DNA from: the human T2T-CHM13v2.0 reference genome, Homo sapiens
NCBI RefSeq assembly: GCF_009914755.1
Contig: NC_060944.1
Length of the DNA stretch: 64,000 nt
Strand: one strand, 5' to 3'
Of this stretch, positions 24,110 to 37,700 are shown piece after piece. The notes beneath the pieces are model-generated. The model made no database searches. It was given only the letters and a program-made list of their open reading frames with translations, and was not told where the DNA came from. Positions within the stretch are counted from its first letter, which is position 1. Every line of letters starts with the position of its first letter. The translations under genes were made by a program, and so were the position numbers.

Positions 24110-24610
24110 AAGTTTTTATTTATTTGCATTATTATTTCAATAGCTTTTGGAATACAATAGGTTTTTGGTTGAATGAGTGGATGGATGAATTATGTAGTAA
24201 TATAGTAATAAAACAGTTCCTGGATGAATTATATAGGGTGAATTCTGAGATTTTAGTGCACCCATCACCTGAGTAGTGTACATTGTACCCAATACGTAGT
24301 TTTTTATCCTTCACCCCCCATCCCAGCCTCCCATTTCTGAGTCTCCAAAATCCATCATATCACTCCTTATGCTTTTACATACCCATAGCTTAGCTTCCAT
24401 TTATGAGTTAGAACATGCAGTATTTGGTTTTCTTTTCCTAACTTACTTCACTTAGCATAATGGCCTCCAGCTCCATCAAAGTTGCTGCAAAAGACATGAT
24501 TTCATTCTTTTTTATGGCTGAGTAGTATTCTATGGTACCACATTTTCTTTATCCACTCGTTGATCAATGGGTACTTAGGTTAGTTCCATGTCTTTGCAAT
24601 TATTAATTGT
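24110..24610 (-). mobile_element. 5'-truncated L1 (L1PA/L1PB-age 3' end) inside Tigger1
   Basis: gagattttagtgcacccatcacctgagtagtgtacattgtaccc...atggcctccagctccatc...ttttatggctgagtagtattc. Confidence 0.8.
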
Positions 24611-25675
24611 CCACTTGTAATTATTGTTCTCTTTCTCTTTCTACCATATCTGCAATTACTTCCTCTGCTAAAGTCTTGAGTCCCCCAAAGTAATTTATGA
24701 GTGCTGTAATCAACTTTTTCCAAACTTCTGCTAATGTTGATATTTTGACCTCCTCCCATAAATTGCAAATGTTCTTAATAGCATTTAGAATGGATAATCC
24801 TTTCCAGAAGGTTTCAATGCACTTTTCCTTGATCCATCAGAGGAATCACTATCTATGCCAGCTGTAGCCATATTAAATGGATCTCTTAAATAATAAAACA
24901 TGAAAATCAAAATTACTCCAGGATCTATGGGCTGCAGAGTGGATTTTGTGATAGCAAGCATGAAAACAAAATTAATCTCCTTGCACATCTCCATCAGAGC
25001 TCTTGCGTAACCAGATGCATTGTCAATGAGCAGTGATTTTTTTTAAGGATTTTTTTTTTTTCTGAGCAGTAGGCCTCAAAATTGGGCTTAAAATACTCAG
25101 TAAACTATGCTGTGAACAGAAATGCTATCTTTGTTTTATCTGTAGAGCACAGATTTATCATAATTAGTAAGGGTTGTAGGATTTTTGAAACGGTAAATGA
25201 ACATTGGCTTCAACTTAAAGTCACCAGCTGCATTAGCTCCTAACAAGAGAGTCAGCCTGTCCTTTGAAGTTTTGAAAACAGGCTTTGACTTTTCCTCTCT
25301 AGCTACAAAAGAAGGTGGTAACTTCTTTCAATAGAAGGCTATTTCTTCGACATTGAAAATCTGTTGTTTAGTGTAGGCAACTTCATCAATGATCTTAGCT
25401 AGATCTTCTGGATAGCTTGCTGCAGCTTCTACATCAGCACTTGCTGCTTCACCTTGCACTTTTACGTTATGGAGATGGCTTCCTTTCTTAAATGTCATAA
25501 GCCAATCTCTGCTAGCTTCAAACTTCTGCAGCTTTATAACCTCTTCCAGCCTTCATAGAAGAGAGTTAGGTTCTTGTTCTAAATTAGGCTTTGGCTAAAG
25601 GGAATGCTGTGGTTGGTTTGATCTTCTATTCAGACCATTCATACTTTCTCCATATCAGCAATAAGGTTATTTCAC

Positions 25676-26044
<369 letters not shown>

Positions 26045-26223
26045 TAGGCTCTTTGGCACAAGAGACATAGCTTTTGGCCTGTCTTGGCTTTCAACATGCC
26101 TTCCTTGCAAAGCTTAAATCAGTTCTAGATTTTCGTTTAAAGTGAGAGATGGTGGAAGAGATGGTGCAACTCTTCCTTTCACTTAAACACTTAGAGGCCA
26201 ATGTAGGGTTATGAATTGGCCTA

Positions 26224-26541
26224 TTTTTTTTTCTTTCTTTCTTTTTTTCTTTTTTTTCCAGAGATGGAGTCTCACTCTGTCACCCAGGCTGGAGTGCAAT
26301 GGCTTGATCTCCACTCCTGCAACCTCTGCCTCCCAGGCACAAGAAATTCTCCTGTCTCAGCCTCCCAAGCAACTGGAATTACAGGTGTGTGCCACCACGC
26401 CAGGCTAATTTTTGTATTTTTAATAGAGATGTGGTTTCACCATGTTGGCCAGGCTGGTGTTGAACTCCTGACCTCAAGTGATCTGCCCGCCTTGGCCTCC
26501 CAAAGTGCTATGATTAAAGGCATGAACCACTGTGCCCAGCC
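26224..26541 (-). mobile_element. Alu (AluS-like) inside Tigger1
   Basis: Dimer; TSD ~aattggcc. Confidence 0.9.
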
Positions 26542-26948
26542 TAATTGGCCCAATTTTAATATTGTTGTGTCTCAGGGAATAGAGAGGCCCGAGGAGAGGG
26601 AGAGAGATGGGAGAATGGTTGGTTAGTGGAGCAGTCAGCACACATAGATTAAGTTTGCAGTCTTATGTGGGTGCTGCTCATGGCACCCCAAAACAATTAC
26701 AATAGTAACATCAAACATCATTGATCACAGATCATCATAGCAGATATAATCATGATAAAAATGTTTGAAATATTGTGAGAATTACAAAGGTGTAACACAG
26801 ACACATAAAGTGAGTACATGCTCTTGGAAAAATGGTGCCAATAGACTTGCTCCTCTCTGGGTTGCCACAAACTTCCAATTTGTAAAAAATGCAATGTCAG
26901 CAAAGGATAATAAAATGAAATATGCCAGTATATCTCTTAATATATCTC

Positions 26949-27025
26949 TCTTACGAGGTCTGTAAGTTGGTATATGGTATTAATTTAAGATTAATACCAT
27001 ATACCAACTTACAGACCTCGTAAGA
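26949..27025. repeat. Perfect inverted repeat: 36-bp arms, 5-nt spacer
   Basis: 26949-26984 TCTTACGAGGTCTGTAAGTTGGTATATGGTATTAAT is the exact reverse complement of 26990-27025; spacer TTAAG. Confidence 0.97.
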
Positions 27026-27233
27026 CAGAGGTTGAACCCTGAGTGATACACATCCATATGCCAACTTTAGCATTTGCTTCTCTCTATTTTATATATACAT
27101 ACATATATTATAAATATTTTTACATATATATATATACATATATATATACACACACACATATACGTATTAGAGGGTAAGTTGTAGATATTATGGCTTTTTA
27201 CCCCTAAATACTTCTGCCTAAGAAAGAAGTTCT

Positions 27234-27593
<360 letters not shown>

Positions 27594-28751
27594 TCACGTA
27601 ATTATCAGATTTAGGAGATTTAACACCAATACACAATTATCTAATAGTAGTTCTTTTAAAAATTTATCCAGTTATCCCCAAGATATCCATTCCAACATTT
27701 TCCCATCTGCTCCTGGATCAAATCCAGGATCTCACTTTGCATTTTGTATCATGTTGCTTTAATGAACGTGCATGGGAACAACAGTTGTCCTGTTTTTGTC
27801 CTCCATGTCATTGACAATTTTTGAGGAATACAGAACAGTTGTTTTTATAATAATATTTTACATAATTTATAACCTTATAAATTTGAGTCTTTTTGTTTCT
27901 TGATGATTAGACTTGAGGCCAACTCTTTTGACAGAAGCTTTGCCTGGGTGAGGCTGTGTCCTCCTCAGTGCATCACATCAGGAGGCCCAGGATGTGAGTT
28001 TGTCCTGTTACTGGTGACTTGATGTTGATTATTATTTAAGGCAGTGTCTGCAGGTTTCTCCATAAGTTTCTCCATACTTATTGTTAATAAGTGACCTATG
28101 GGGAGATGCTTGGAGACATTATAAAATACCCTGTGCACCAGTCACTCCCCCCAGTGGTTTTAGTGTCTACTGATGACTCCATTCAAGTATGTTATTGTTC
28201 TGTGGTTGCTTCCAGGCTTTTAAATGTGTTCTTTGATTCAGCCTGCAGCAGGCTGTTAGGGAAGGCTCTTCCTTCCTAACACAGAGTCCCAAAACACTGG
28301 GCTTCAAGGGAGGTGGTGGTATATCCCTGTCTACAAAATATTTTGTGCACTTCCTTTTTCCTGAGCAAGATATAAGGTATTCTGGGCATGTTTTGTTAGG
28401 ACACCTCTTTTTAAGACCTGAAGGTCTTATGGAAAATGGCAGCCTTCCGTTTTAGCTGTCAAAGTCTACAGGCTTTAACTGTGCTGGCTTGTGGCTGGAA
28501 GTGGGTCCAGGCAACAGTTCAAAGTCAGAAGCCTGAGATCTGTGTCCTTCAGAGCGCTGGTGGCAGCTTGTGCCTGGGCATCTCAGCCCTGGAGGGGAGT
28601 CAGGAAGGAGCCCCTGAAGGGGCGAGCCAGTAGCTGACTCTGGGCCAGTCCAAGGCCCCCACACACGACCCAGGCCCAGGCCCTGCCTCCCTATGGTGAC
28701 CATGCTGCTGAGCTGAACTCCAAGGGCTGCTGCTCCTCCAGCACTATGGTG

Positions 28752-28957
28752 AGGGAGTCTCACTGTGCTGCCCAGACTGGAGTGCCATGGGGTGATCTCA
28801 ACTCACTGCAACCTTCCAGGTTCAAGTGATTCTCCTACCTCAGCCTCCTAAGTAGCTGGGACAACAGGTGCTTGCCACCACACCCGACTAATTTTTGTAT
28901 TTTAGAGACAGGGTTTCACCATGTTGGCCAGGCTGGTCTCGAACTCCTCACTTCAGG
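28752..28957 (-). mobile_element. Truncated Alu lacking its poly(A) tail
   Basis: ggagtctcact...ctaatttttgtattttagagacagggtttcaccatgttggccaggctggtctcgaactcctcacttcag. Confidence 0.85.
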
Positions 28958-30269
28958 ATTTGATCTTCTTAGGCACTGTGGGCCTCTCCTACCTCTACTT
29001 TCCCTTTGGCCCTCACCCATTCTCTGCCATCTGTGCTCTCTTATTCTGCAGTGGTGGTCACCCTTCCTCCACTCTGTGGCCCCGGGACCCTCTCCTTCCT
29101 CCCCTCCAGTGTCAGATCAAGGGAGGCCACATGGAGACTGCCCATGGCTGACCATGCCCTAGAGGGTCTCACCCCAGTCACAGAGCAGACTCCTGTGGGG
29201 AGCTATGCCAGGCACCTCCCCCAGGGTTTCTGCTTTAACTCCTTGCGGGGAGGCCCAGGCATTCATCGCTTTCAACCTGCACAGGTGATTCTAGAGTCAG
29301 ACAGGAAGTTGTCAAGGGCCATGGATTAAAAGGTCAAAGCACAAGCTCCATGAGACAAGGGACTAATCTCTCCTCAGTCTAAAAGTCACATCAAAGATTT
29401 AGCAGTCAAGGATGGGGGAAAATTCTGCTGTGCATTTATTTTAATTCCCTACCAGGGCAGACCTGGAGGTTTTCTTTGGGATCCCACCAAGCCCTGCTTG
29501 AGCTGAAAAGCAAGAAGCACAGGTAGCAGGTAAATTCAGGTGCTCCTTGGAGCAGCTGTTAAGCTGGGGCTATGAGGCACTGCCTGGATCCAAGTCTCTA
29601 AAACAGAACAATTGCACTAAGATATTAAGAATACACACACCCACATCTTACCAAATGTTTTCATTTTCACAAGAAAAACACCATGTGCTGAGTCTTAGCT
29701 GCAAATCCTGTGAAAATCCCAGAAGGCATGGCTCACAAGTTCAGACGTGTATCACATGCACATTACAGAAGGCGAGGCTTCTCTAAGCCCCAGGGCAGGT
29801 GGGTAATAGAGACCAGCACTGCAGCAAATTCCAACATGCATCCAATCATGGTCTCAGTTGGCTACCTGGCTGTGTTGAGAAGCCAAACTCTCAGCAAATG
29901 TTACTCATAATTTGCAAGTCAGAAGTCTCCATTCCCACCCTCTGGTTGTGCTGACCCAAATCCCGCTGGCCAGGCGGCCACACAGTCCAAGGGCTGTGTG
30001 GAGATATGGGGCCAGGAGAGCTGTGGCAGAAAGGTCATCCTATTATTATGTAGGTTTCTTTCTAACATAGCCACCATAGTGTTCAGGAAATTTAATTCCA
30101 CATCACCCCGAGACTGTGAGAACTAGTGAAAAGAGGTCCTGATGGAGGGCAAGGGAGTGGGGAGGACTTGGATTGGGCAAGGCTGGGAATAAAGAGGTAG
30201 AGGCAGGAATGGAGGGTGGGGCAGAAAAACAAAGGTTTTTAAGCTAACTTGCTATTTACCTGCACCCGG

Positions 30270-30410
30270 TCCTCTTATATGTGCTGCCTCATTTAACCTT
30301 CAAACAACCCCAGGTGACATTTCCCCGGTCTTATAAATATTAAAACAGAAAACTGAAGACAAGCACATCCTTCACAGTTAGGCAGAAAGGGGATGCAAAC
30401 CAAGTCTGTT
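30270..30410. mobile_element. MIR fragment
   Basis: ctcatttaaccttcaaacaacccc...aaaactgaag...cacagttaggcaga resembles the MIR core. Confidence 0.5.
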
Positions 30411-31989
30411 CCTTTTCTGCAGAAGTGGGAAGTGTGCCAAGTGCAGAAACAGGGGTCTAGAAGACCCAGGAGGAGGCAGATAGGGGAACTGGGAAGGGAG
30501 GGACCCCTGCAAAACCAGGAACCCCACATGCATCAAGCCAGAGCCTGAGGAATGAGGGAGGCCCTCGTGTTTGCTTTGCCAACTGCGGTACAAATAACAG
30601 GAAAATAACCTGGCCTATGTTTATTTGTAAGCATCCAGATATTCTGGCAATCGTTTATGTAACCCTCAGCTTACACTTGCTTCTCAGTGACATTAAACTC
30701 AAGTCCTAAGATCAGAAGAGCTAAATCAATGACAAAACATGCTCAGGGTTTTGGTGGTGATACTTCAAGGAGAAGAAGAAGTTAGTGCAGAGAATACACT
30801 TTTTAATGATATGATCAGTGGTGGGAATCAAAATCTTACCCCGAAGGAGTTTATTAAAACAAGTAACTGATGTTAGAAAATGTTCTTTCTAGCTCCTTGC
30901 AGAATCCTTTGGGGATTCTGAAGCAAATTTCTTAAGCAGTCTGAATTCTCAAAATTTAGTCCAACATTCTTCATTAACAGGCCTGGGTAAATGCAAGCTT
31001 CATCTCTTCCAGAATTTAAATTTCTCCTTATGAGAACAGAAGAGGGTAGAATAAAGGAGTTTATTGTCAGCCCACACTCTCGTACTTAAAACTCAGGGCA
31101 GAAATCTCAGGCTGGCACCATTGCCACTTCACTTGGATGGAGAGCAGCATCTGGAATATGTTAGAAAAGGCCTTGCTGTGCTGCAGAAACCGGAACATGG
31201 GGCTTGGTCCAGGACTCAGCCCGGAATTGGCTAAATACACAACACTTTTGTAAAACGGCATTGACATAGGCTTTTGTTTCTCCTCTGCTTCGAACCCCAC
31301 GCACGCCCATTTGGTGCCCAGCCTGACACCCACCCCCGCACCCCCACATAGGTGATCCGGACTTGGCTGCTGGGGCTGCAGGGATGCCAGCCCGTCAGGC
31401 AGGGCTCCCCCTGAGGACTGGAGGGGTTCCCTCAGCCCCCTCGCTTCCTGGGCTGCATTGAGAGGGCCGGTGTTGCCTTCTTTTCACTTCCTCACTGAGA
31501 GACTGGAAAAGGGCCAGACCTCTCCCACCCCTCGGGAGGAAGTTCAGTTCTTTTCCTTCCCTCTTTCACTTCCCCCTGCCAAGCCTGGAGCACGCGAAGG
31601 ACCGGCCGAGGGTGGGCAGGCCCTGCCCTGTGCTCACCAGCGGCTGGGCAGTCTGGGCGGAGGAGGGCACCAGCAGGAGAGAGGTCCTACAACTCGGAGT
31701 TCGGAGTTCGGCAGAAAGGCCTCCCCGGGAGGGGCTGGGAGCTCCCCAAGCAAGGGCAGGCACTTCCCCTCCCTTTGGCCACTTGGCCCTGGAGGGCTTC
31801 TTTGGAGATAAATCCCACAGAAGGGGAGGGGAAATTATGTAACTCAGGGAAAAACGCTATGTGGAGTCCCATGTACTCACAATCTCTCTGGAGGAAACTA
31901 GGCTTCACCGTCGCCAGGTGACAACGAAATGCCCTAACCCCGGGCTGCCAGCAGCACAGGGCCATGGAATCCAGGGAGAAACAAGCTCT

Positions 31990-32110
31990 GAGCTGAGGGG
32001 TGTGTAAAATGTAGGTTCTGATTCGGTAGCTCCGGGGCGGGCCTGAGCTCTGCATTTCTGATGCTCCCAGGGATGCTGATGTTGCTGGTCTGGGGACCGC
32101 TCTGAGGTCA
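31990..32110. mobile_element. MER5A-like fragment
   Basis: ttctgattcggtag...gggcctgagctctgcatttct...ctcccagggatgctgatgttgctggtctggggacc. Confidence 0.55.
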
Positions 32111-34204
32111 GGGCTGTGGAGGGCAGGCACCAGGCTGAGCAGCGGCACTGCTGGTGCTGAGTCAGCTCTTCCCTCAGCCCCTGAGGTCTGGAGTGCTTCC
32201 CGTTGGGAGATTTACTAGTTTTCTTGCTTGGCTACCCGGCATTAACAGGTACGGTAAATGGGAATACATGGCTACAGTTGAGTTCTAGTGGGCGAAATGT
32301 CCAGTTACATGTTAGCTGCAACCCTTAACAAGCAGAAGTGAATAATCTATTCGGCTACTCCACAACACAGAATGTGTGCCTATGTTTCGTATGATAGCAC
32401 GAAAGTAATGCCTTAGAATTACTAATGACTCTGAAGCCTCCAGTTATTTTAAAGGTGCCGTCCTAGTTATCTCTTGGAAATACATTGAGAAAAAACAACC
32501 CTTTCACAGCAGCCCAGTGACCTTTCTACAAACTTACGCTTGTGAAGGAATCTTTAATATTTTAGATCCTTAGCCAAATGTAACATTTTACTTTAATTTT
32601 CTGGACTGGACATTTGCAGCTTTAATGTTTAATTTTGGGGGGCCAAGTCATGTCTAAACGGGCTTCTTCTTTGAGATCCCCCCTTTTGCATGTTGTGGAA
32701 AAAGTCAGAGCTTCCCCTGTACGGAAGCTGAAGAAGCCAGACGCCTTGTCTTCCTGGTCCCAGAAGGTAGGGCATGACACCTATCTTCGGGTCAACCAAT
32801 CAGATATTCCAATTCTGGATTTTAAATTGGGAATGGATTACATAAAGAGACGGGACAGTGGGCTAGGAGAGGGGAAATGCCATGTCCACGTGCAAGGCTG
32901 TGGTGTTGGAGGGCCTGAGAGCTGTCCCTCACCCATGGCTCTAGGTGGCAGGGCTGCAGCTTGCTCACCAGGGAGGTGTGAGGTGTGACCTTGGTCCTGC
33001 TGCAGCGGCATGCCCACTCAGTCTGCGCTCACTTGCCAAGCCTCGTTATCTAGGTTCCCATAGGTTTGTGAACCACCTCGCTTCTTTTCAAATGAATCTT
33101 TTTTTCTCCTAAGTCAATTAGGCTTGGTTTTATTTATTTGTTGTCAAGCACCCTGGAATGTACCATGCTTCTCACCTTTAAAAAAAATCCCATTACAGGT
33201 ATAAAAGACAGCACTGATTAATTTCCTTTCTTTTTCGATTCCTAACTGCTGATTCAGGAACTTCTGGGATTCTCAATAATTTTTAGCATAATAAAATAAC
33301 ATTACTGCCATCATAAGTATATTTAGAACACAACTTCATGTCATTTGGTGTGTGATTCCTAGAGCATTATTTGAGTGTGTATTACATAACCTAATAAGTA
33401 TCTTTTCCAATGAAGTATTACTTTGCTGGATGTCTTATGTCCAGCAAGGCGTGGCTCTGTCTGCTTGAGACCCAGATATACTAAGTCCAAGAGGGTAGCT
33501 GTGCAAGGAGAATCTGTGTCTTCAAAGGTTAGCCATAGTGTGCTTTCATTAACAGAAGATCATGAATACCCCCAAGTTAGCTGCTGGGCATCCTGATAAT
33601 TAATTAATCAGGATTTCCTCTGCAGATAGTATCGGGCATACCAACCAATCACATCATCATAACATTCTCTGATGTGTGATCAGGTATCTTCTAGGGAAAC
33701 TTAACTGCTCACTGACATTGACAAATAGATGCCACAGAAATGCCCAAGGATTTTAAAGCTGACAAATAAAACAGAAGAGGAGAGTACCCTGGCACTTATT
33801 GCAAGTTTTACCTTTCCAACTCATCACTTTGGTGCAAGGATTGCATTAATAGTACAAGCAGCGTGGGCCAAATGATCTTGTCATGAAGGCGAACAGTTAA
33901 TTACCACTTACTGGAACTTGTGTGAAAATAAAAATTTTACCTGGAACTTAGTTGTGTAAAAATAAAAATTAAGAGGCTAACACCTTTAATGCCAGAATAC
34001 AACACAAAATGGCTCCATTGCTTGATGAGTAATTGAAGGAATTTCTGGAACTTCCTACAGCCCTGTTAGAGTTAGTAGTTTAGGAAATGGTGTTTGGGCA
34101 TGGAGTTAAGGCCACACACACACAGAGAGACACACAGACACATACACATATACACACAGACACATACACACAGACATATGCACACACACACACACACACA
34201 CACA

Positions 34205-34872
34205 CGTTTCCAGGTCAAGCCAAGGGTGGAGCTACTTATTCTCTCAGCCCAATAACGAGATGCAGATGAACTGAGAAAGAATAGAGTTTATTTCTGTAAC
34301 CAGGTACGGGGAGAAAGAAGGCAAGGAAAATATCGCCAGACCAACTCAAAATCACAAAGTTTTCCAGAGCTTATATAACTTCTAAGCTGTATGTCTACAT
34401 GTAAGTGTGCAATCACTTAAAGACATAAGTGATTAACTTCTTCTAATCTATAACTGAGGTCTGAGTCCTGAAGACCTTCCTTTGGCGCCTCAGTAAATTT
34501 ACTTAATCTAGCTGGGTCCAGGTGCTGGGGTGATTACCCTTATTTTATCTCCTGCTAAATCATGGAGGTTTGGGGAGTTCCTTCAGACCCCAGCAAACTT
34601 GTTTGTGGAGGTCTGCGGAGTTTCTTCAGACCCCAGTAAAAACTTGTTTAATCTTAAATGGGTCCTGTTGAGAATTCCTTCGTTATCTTGTCATACTTCA
34701 AGGCCCAGGAAAGGCCTGGGCAAAACTCTTGGGCTTTTGTTACATTCCAGCCTTTGTATAAGGGGACTGGCTCTCTAGGCTTTTAATATTTAACTTAACC
34801 ACTTAGTCAGTGCTGAAACAGTTGTTACAGAGGCCTGCCTGTTCAGCCGTTAGTGAGACCTGGCCTGCCACA
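34205..34872 (-). mobile_element. ERV solo LTR (probably ERV1 class; subfamily not assigned)
   Basis: On the - strand it begins TGTGGCAGGCCAGGTCTCACTAAC, has a TATATAA box (ttatata ~34371) followed by AATAAA (tttatt ~34287), and is flanked by caca. Confidence 0.75.
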
Positions 34873-34968
34873 CACAGACACACACACAGACACACACACA
34901 CACAGACATACACACAGACACACACACACACGTATATACACGCATACACAAACCACATACATACACAC

Positions 34969-35480
34969 TGTATTAGGGTTCTCTAGAGGGACAGAACTAA
35001 TAGGCTAGATGTGTATCTAAAGGGGAGTTTATTAAGGAGAATTGACTCACACGATCACAAGGCGAGGTCCCACAATAGGCCATCTGCAAGTTGAGGAGTA
35101 AGGAAGCCAGTTTGAGTCCCAAAACCTCAAAAGTAGGGGAGCCGACTGCAGACTTAAGTCTGTGGCCAAAGGTCCAAGGGTCCCAAAGCTGAAGAACTTT
35201 GGGTCCGATGTTTGAGGGCAGGAAACATCCAGCACAGGAGAAAGATGTAGGCCAGGAGGCTAAGTCAGTCTAGTCTTTCCACATTCTTCTGCCTGCTTTT
35301 ATTCTGGTCTCGCTGGCAGCTGATTAGATGGTGCCCACCCAGATTAAGGGTGGGTCTGCCTTTCCCAGTCCACCCACTGAAATGTTAATCTCCTTTGGCA
35401 ACACCCTTACAGACACACCCAAGAACAGTACTTTGCATCCTTCAATCCAATCAAGTTGACACTCAATATTAACCATCACA
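34969..35480 (-). mobile_element. MLT2A (HERV-L) solo LTR
   Basis: tgtattagggttctctagagggacagaactaatagg ... ttcaatccaatcaagttgacactcaatattaaccatcaca matches MLT2A1/A2. TG...CA ends with a 5-bp cacac TSD. Confidence 0.88.
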
Positions 35481-36284
35481 CACACATAGACATACACATA
35501 CAGACATACACACAAATACATACACACACACACATGCACACATACACTCATACACTCATCTACACACAGACATACAAACACACACATATATAGACACATT
35601 CACACACACATATGTATACACATGCACACACACACACACACATACACATACATACACACGTGCACACACATACACACACAGACCCACAGATACAGACACA
35701 TACATATACACACACTCATACACACACAGGCATACACACATACAGACATACATACACATATGCACATATACACATAAACACACACACACAGACACACACA
35801 CAGACATACTCATACACACACAGAGACATACATACCCTCATAAAAGTCCAGCTGGGCTGGGCTTTCTCAGTGTGGGCTGTGCCCCCAGCTGGGGGAGAGG
35901 CCACTTTTACATGGCCTTTTCCACCTGGCCTGCCCTCCTCCATTCTCTGGCCTCTGGCTTCCTGCCTGTCCTTATATAAACGTCTGAATCTTAGGCTTGG
36001 GCAAAGCAAGTCCTCAGACGAGCTTGGATTGTGGGAATGAAGAAACTGAACAAGATAAGGGCTTAGGAAAACTATGGAAGCTTTGAGATTTGTCTCCATT
36101 GCGAGCTGGATGGAAAGAGGCTTCACAGGGCCTCCGGAATTCAGGACTTCTTAGAATTGGCTGCCCTGAGACCTGATATGAACCCAGAACTTGATCCTTC
36201 CACGTGATCAAATTCGACTCCAGCTGTGGCTCAGCCTCACGGAGAGTTATGATTACATCACCCCTGGCAAGCCAAAGGTGGGGA

Positions 36285-36700
36285 TGGAAAAGAAAAAACT
36301 CAGGCAAAATTAATACAAGTAGAATGGTTATATGGCCCAAATGTAAAAACTGCAACTTGGTTGCATAGATTAAAGTTGCCCTGAAGATATGCTCCAATTA
36401 GCAGCAGTTGCAAGTGAGTTTTTAAAGAAAAAAAGGCCATTTCTAAATTGTTTACCAAGAATTTACATTAAGATAACATATGCTGTAAATTGGCTATACA
36501 TTTTTCCAGGATGGGGAAGATAATGGGTGAGACAGGTCATCAGGAATAGAATGCCTTTAAACAATTGCCCCCAGCCATGCGTAGGAAGGACATGACTAAA
36601 GTCCCACACTCACGTCTCTCTGGGCCTGATAGGTTTTGCACACCTCACATAGCCCACACTGCTCTGGCTATTTTTCTGTGGTCTCTCAGGCATTGGAACC
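36285..36700. mobile_element. Probable ERV1 (MER4-group-like) LTR fragment
   Basis: LTR-like text (aagttgccctgaa...tgtttaccaagaatttacatt...ttggctatacatt); related wording at ~49690-49930. Confidence 0.35.
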
Positions 36701-37410
36701 GTGGGAAGCGAGTCTCCTGCCCATCTCTGTTCATCCCGGACAGTTGCAATTGTGGAGGGACCCTCCAATGACATTGGACACTGGAGGCCCAGAGAAGGAA
36801 GTAAGTAGAGCTGAGAAGGGTGTACTTCTGATTTGCAATTTCATTTTAATTTCAGTTATCTCTGATCTGGTTTACACATTATATGATTTTAAATGGGGAC
36901 TTTAAACACTCCTCTGCAACAGCCCTGCTGTGGGATTCTTGTGTTTGCGGTCATGGTAAAAATCAACTTTTTTTCTTGGTTTTAATTTTGAACTCACCTT
37001 CTTTTCCCCATCTTGTTTCTCCTAAATGCTTAGGTCCTCTGAAGAGAATAAAATAGTCCACTTAAAGCAACACCAGAAGTCTCTTGGGATATGTGAGGAC
37101 AATAGCTCCCTGTGTGTGCTGGAGACCTTGGACAAAGTCCCCAAGTCATATCCATACCTACAAGGTGTCAGAAGAAAAGATTACAACACATCCCGTTTAA
37201 AGGTCTTTATTGGCTTTGGTTTAGAGGCTAGAATTGGGCAATACATCATTCATAAAACAAAGAGTGTTTGATGAGCAGAGCTGAGGAAGCGGAGGGCTGA
37301 GGATAGCAGACAGAGGACAAAAGCACAGGTATTCATCTGCCTGAAGAGAGTTAAATGCTGTCCTCTGAATCCGAGAGATGGGTAGCTGTTAGGATTTGCC
37401 AAAAGGAGAC

Positions 37411-37700
37411 TATTTATTTATTTGGAGACAGGGGCTCGCTCTGCCTCCTGGGCTGCAGTGCAGTGGCACAATCACGTCTCACTGCAGCTTTGACCTCCCA
37501 GACTTAAGTGATCCTCCCACCTCAGCCTTTCTAGTAGCTGGAACTAGAGGTGTGCACTACCATGCTGCACTAATTTTTTAAATTTTTAGTAGAAACAATG
37601 TCTTGCTATGTTGCCCAGGCTGATCTCAAACTCCTGGGCTCAAGCCATTCTTCCACCTCTGCCTCCCAAAGTGCTGGGATTACAGGCGTGAGCCACCGCG
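37411..37700 (-). mobile_element. Alu (AluJ-like)
   Basis: Antisense dimer with a (TTTA)n tail. Confidence 0.9.

Larger units (their letters stand above)
34113..35835. repeat. Long CA-rich microsatellite region (34113-34204, 34873-34968, 35481-35835) split by two LTRs
   Basis: (CA)n / (CATA)n / (CAGA)n mixtures seen directly. Confidence 0.9.
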
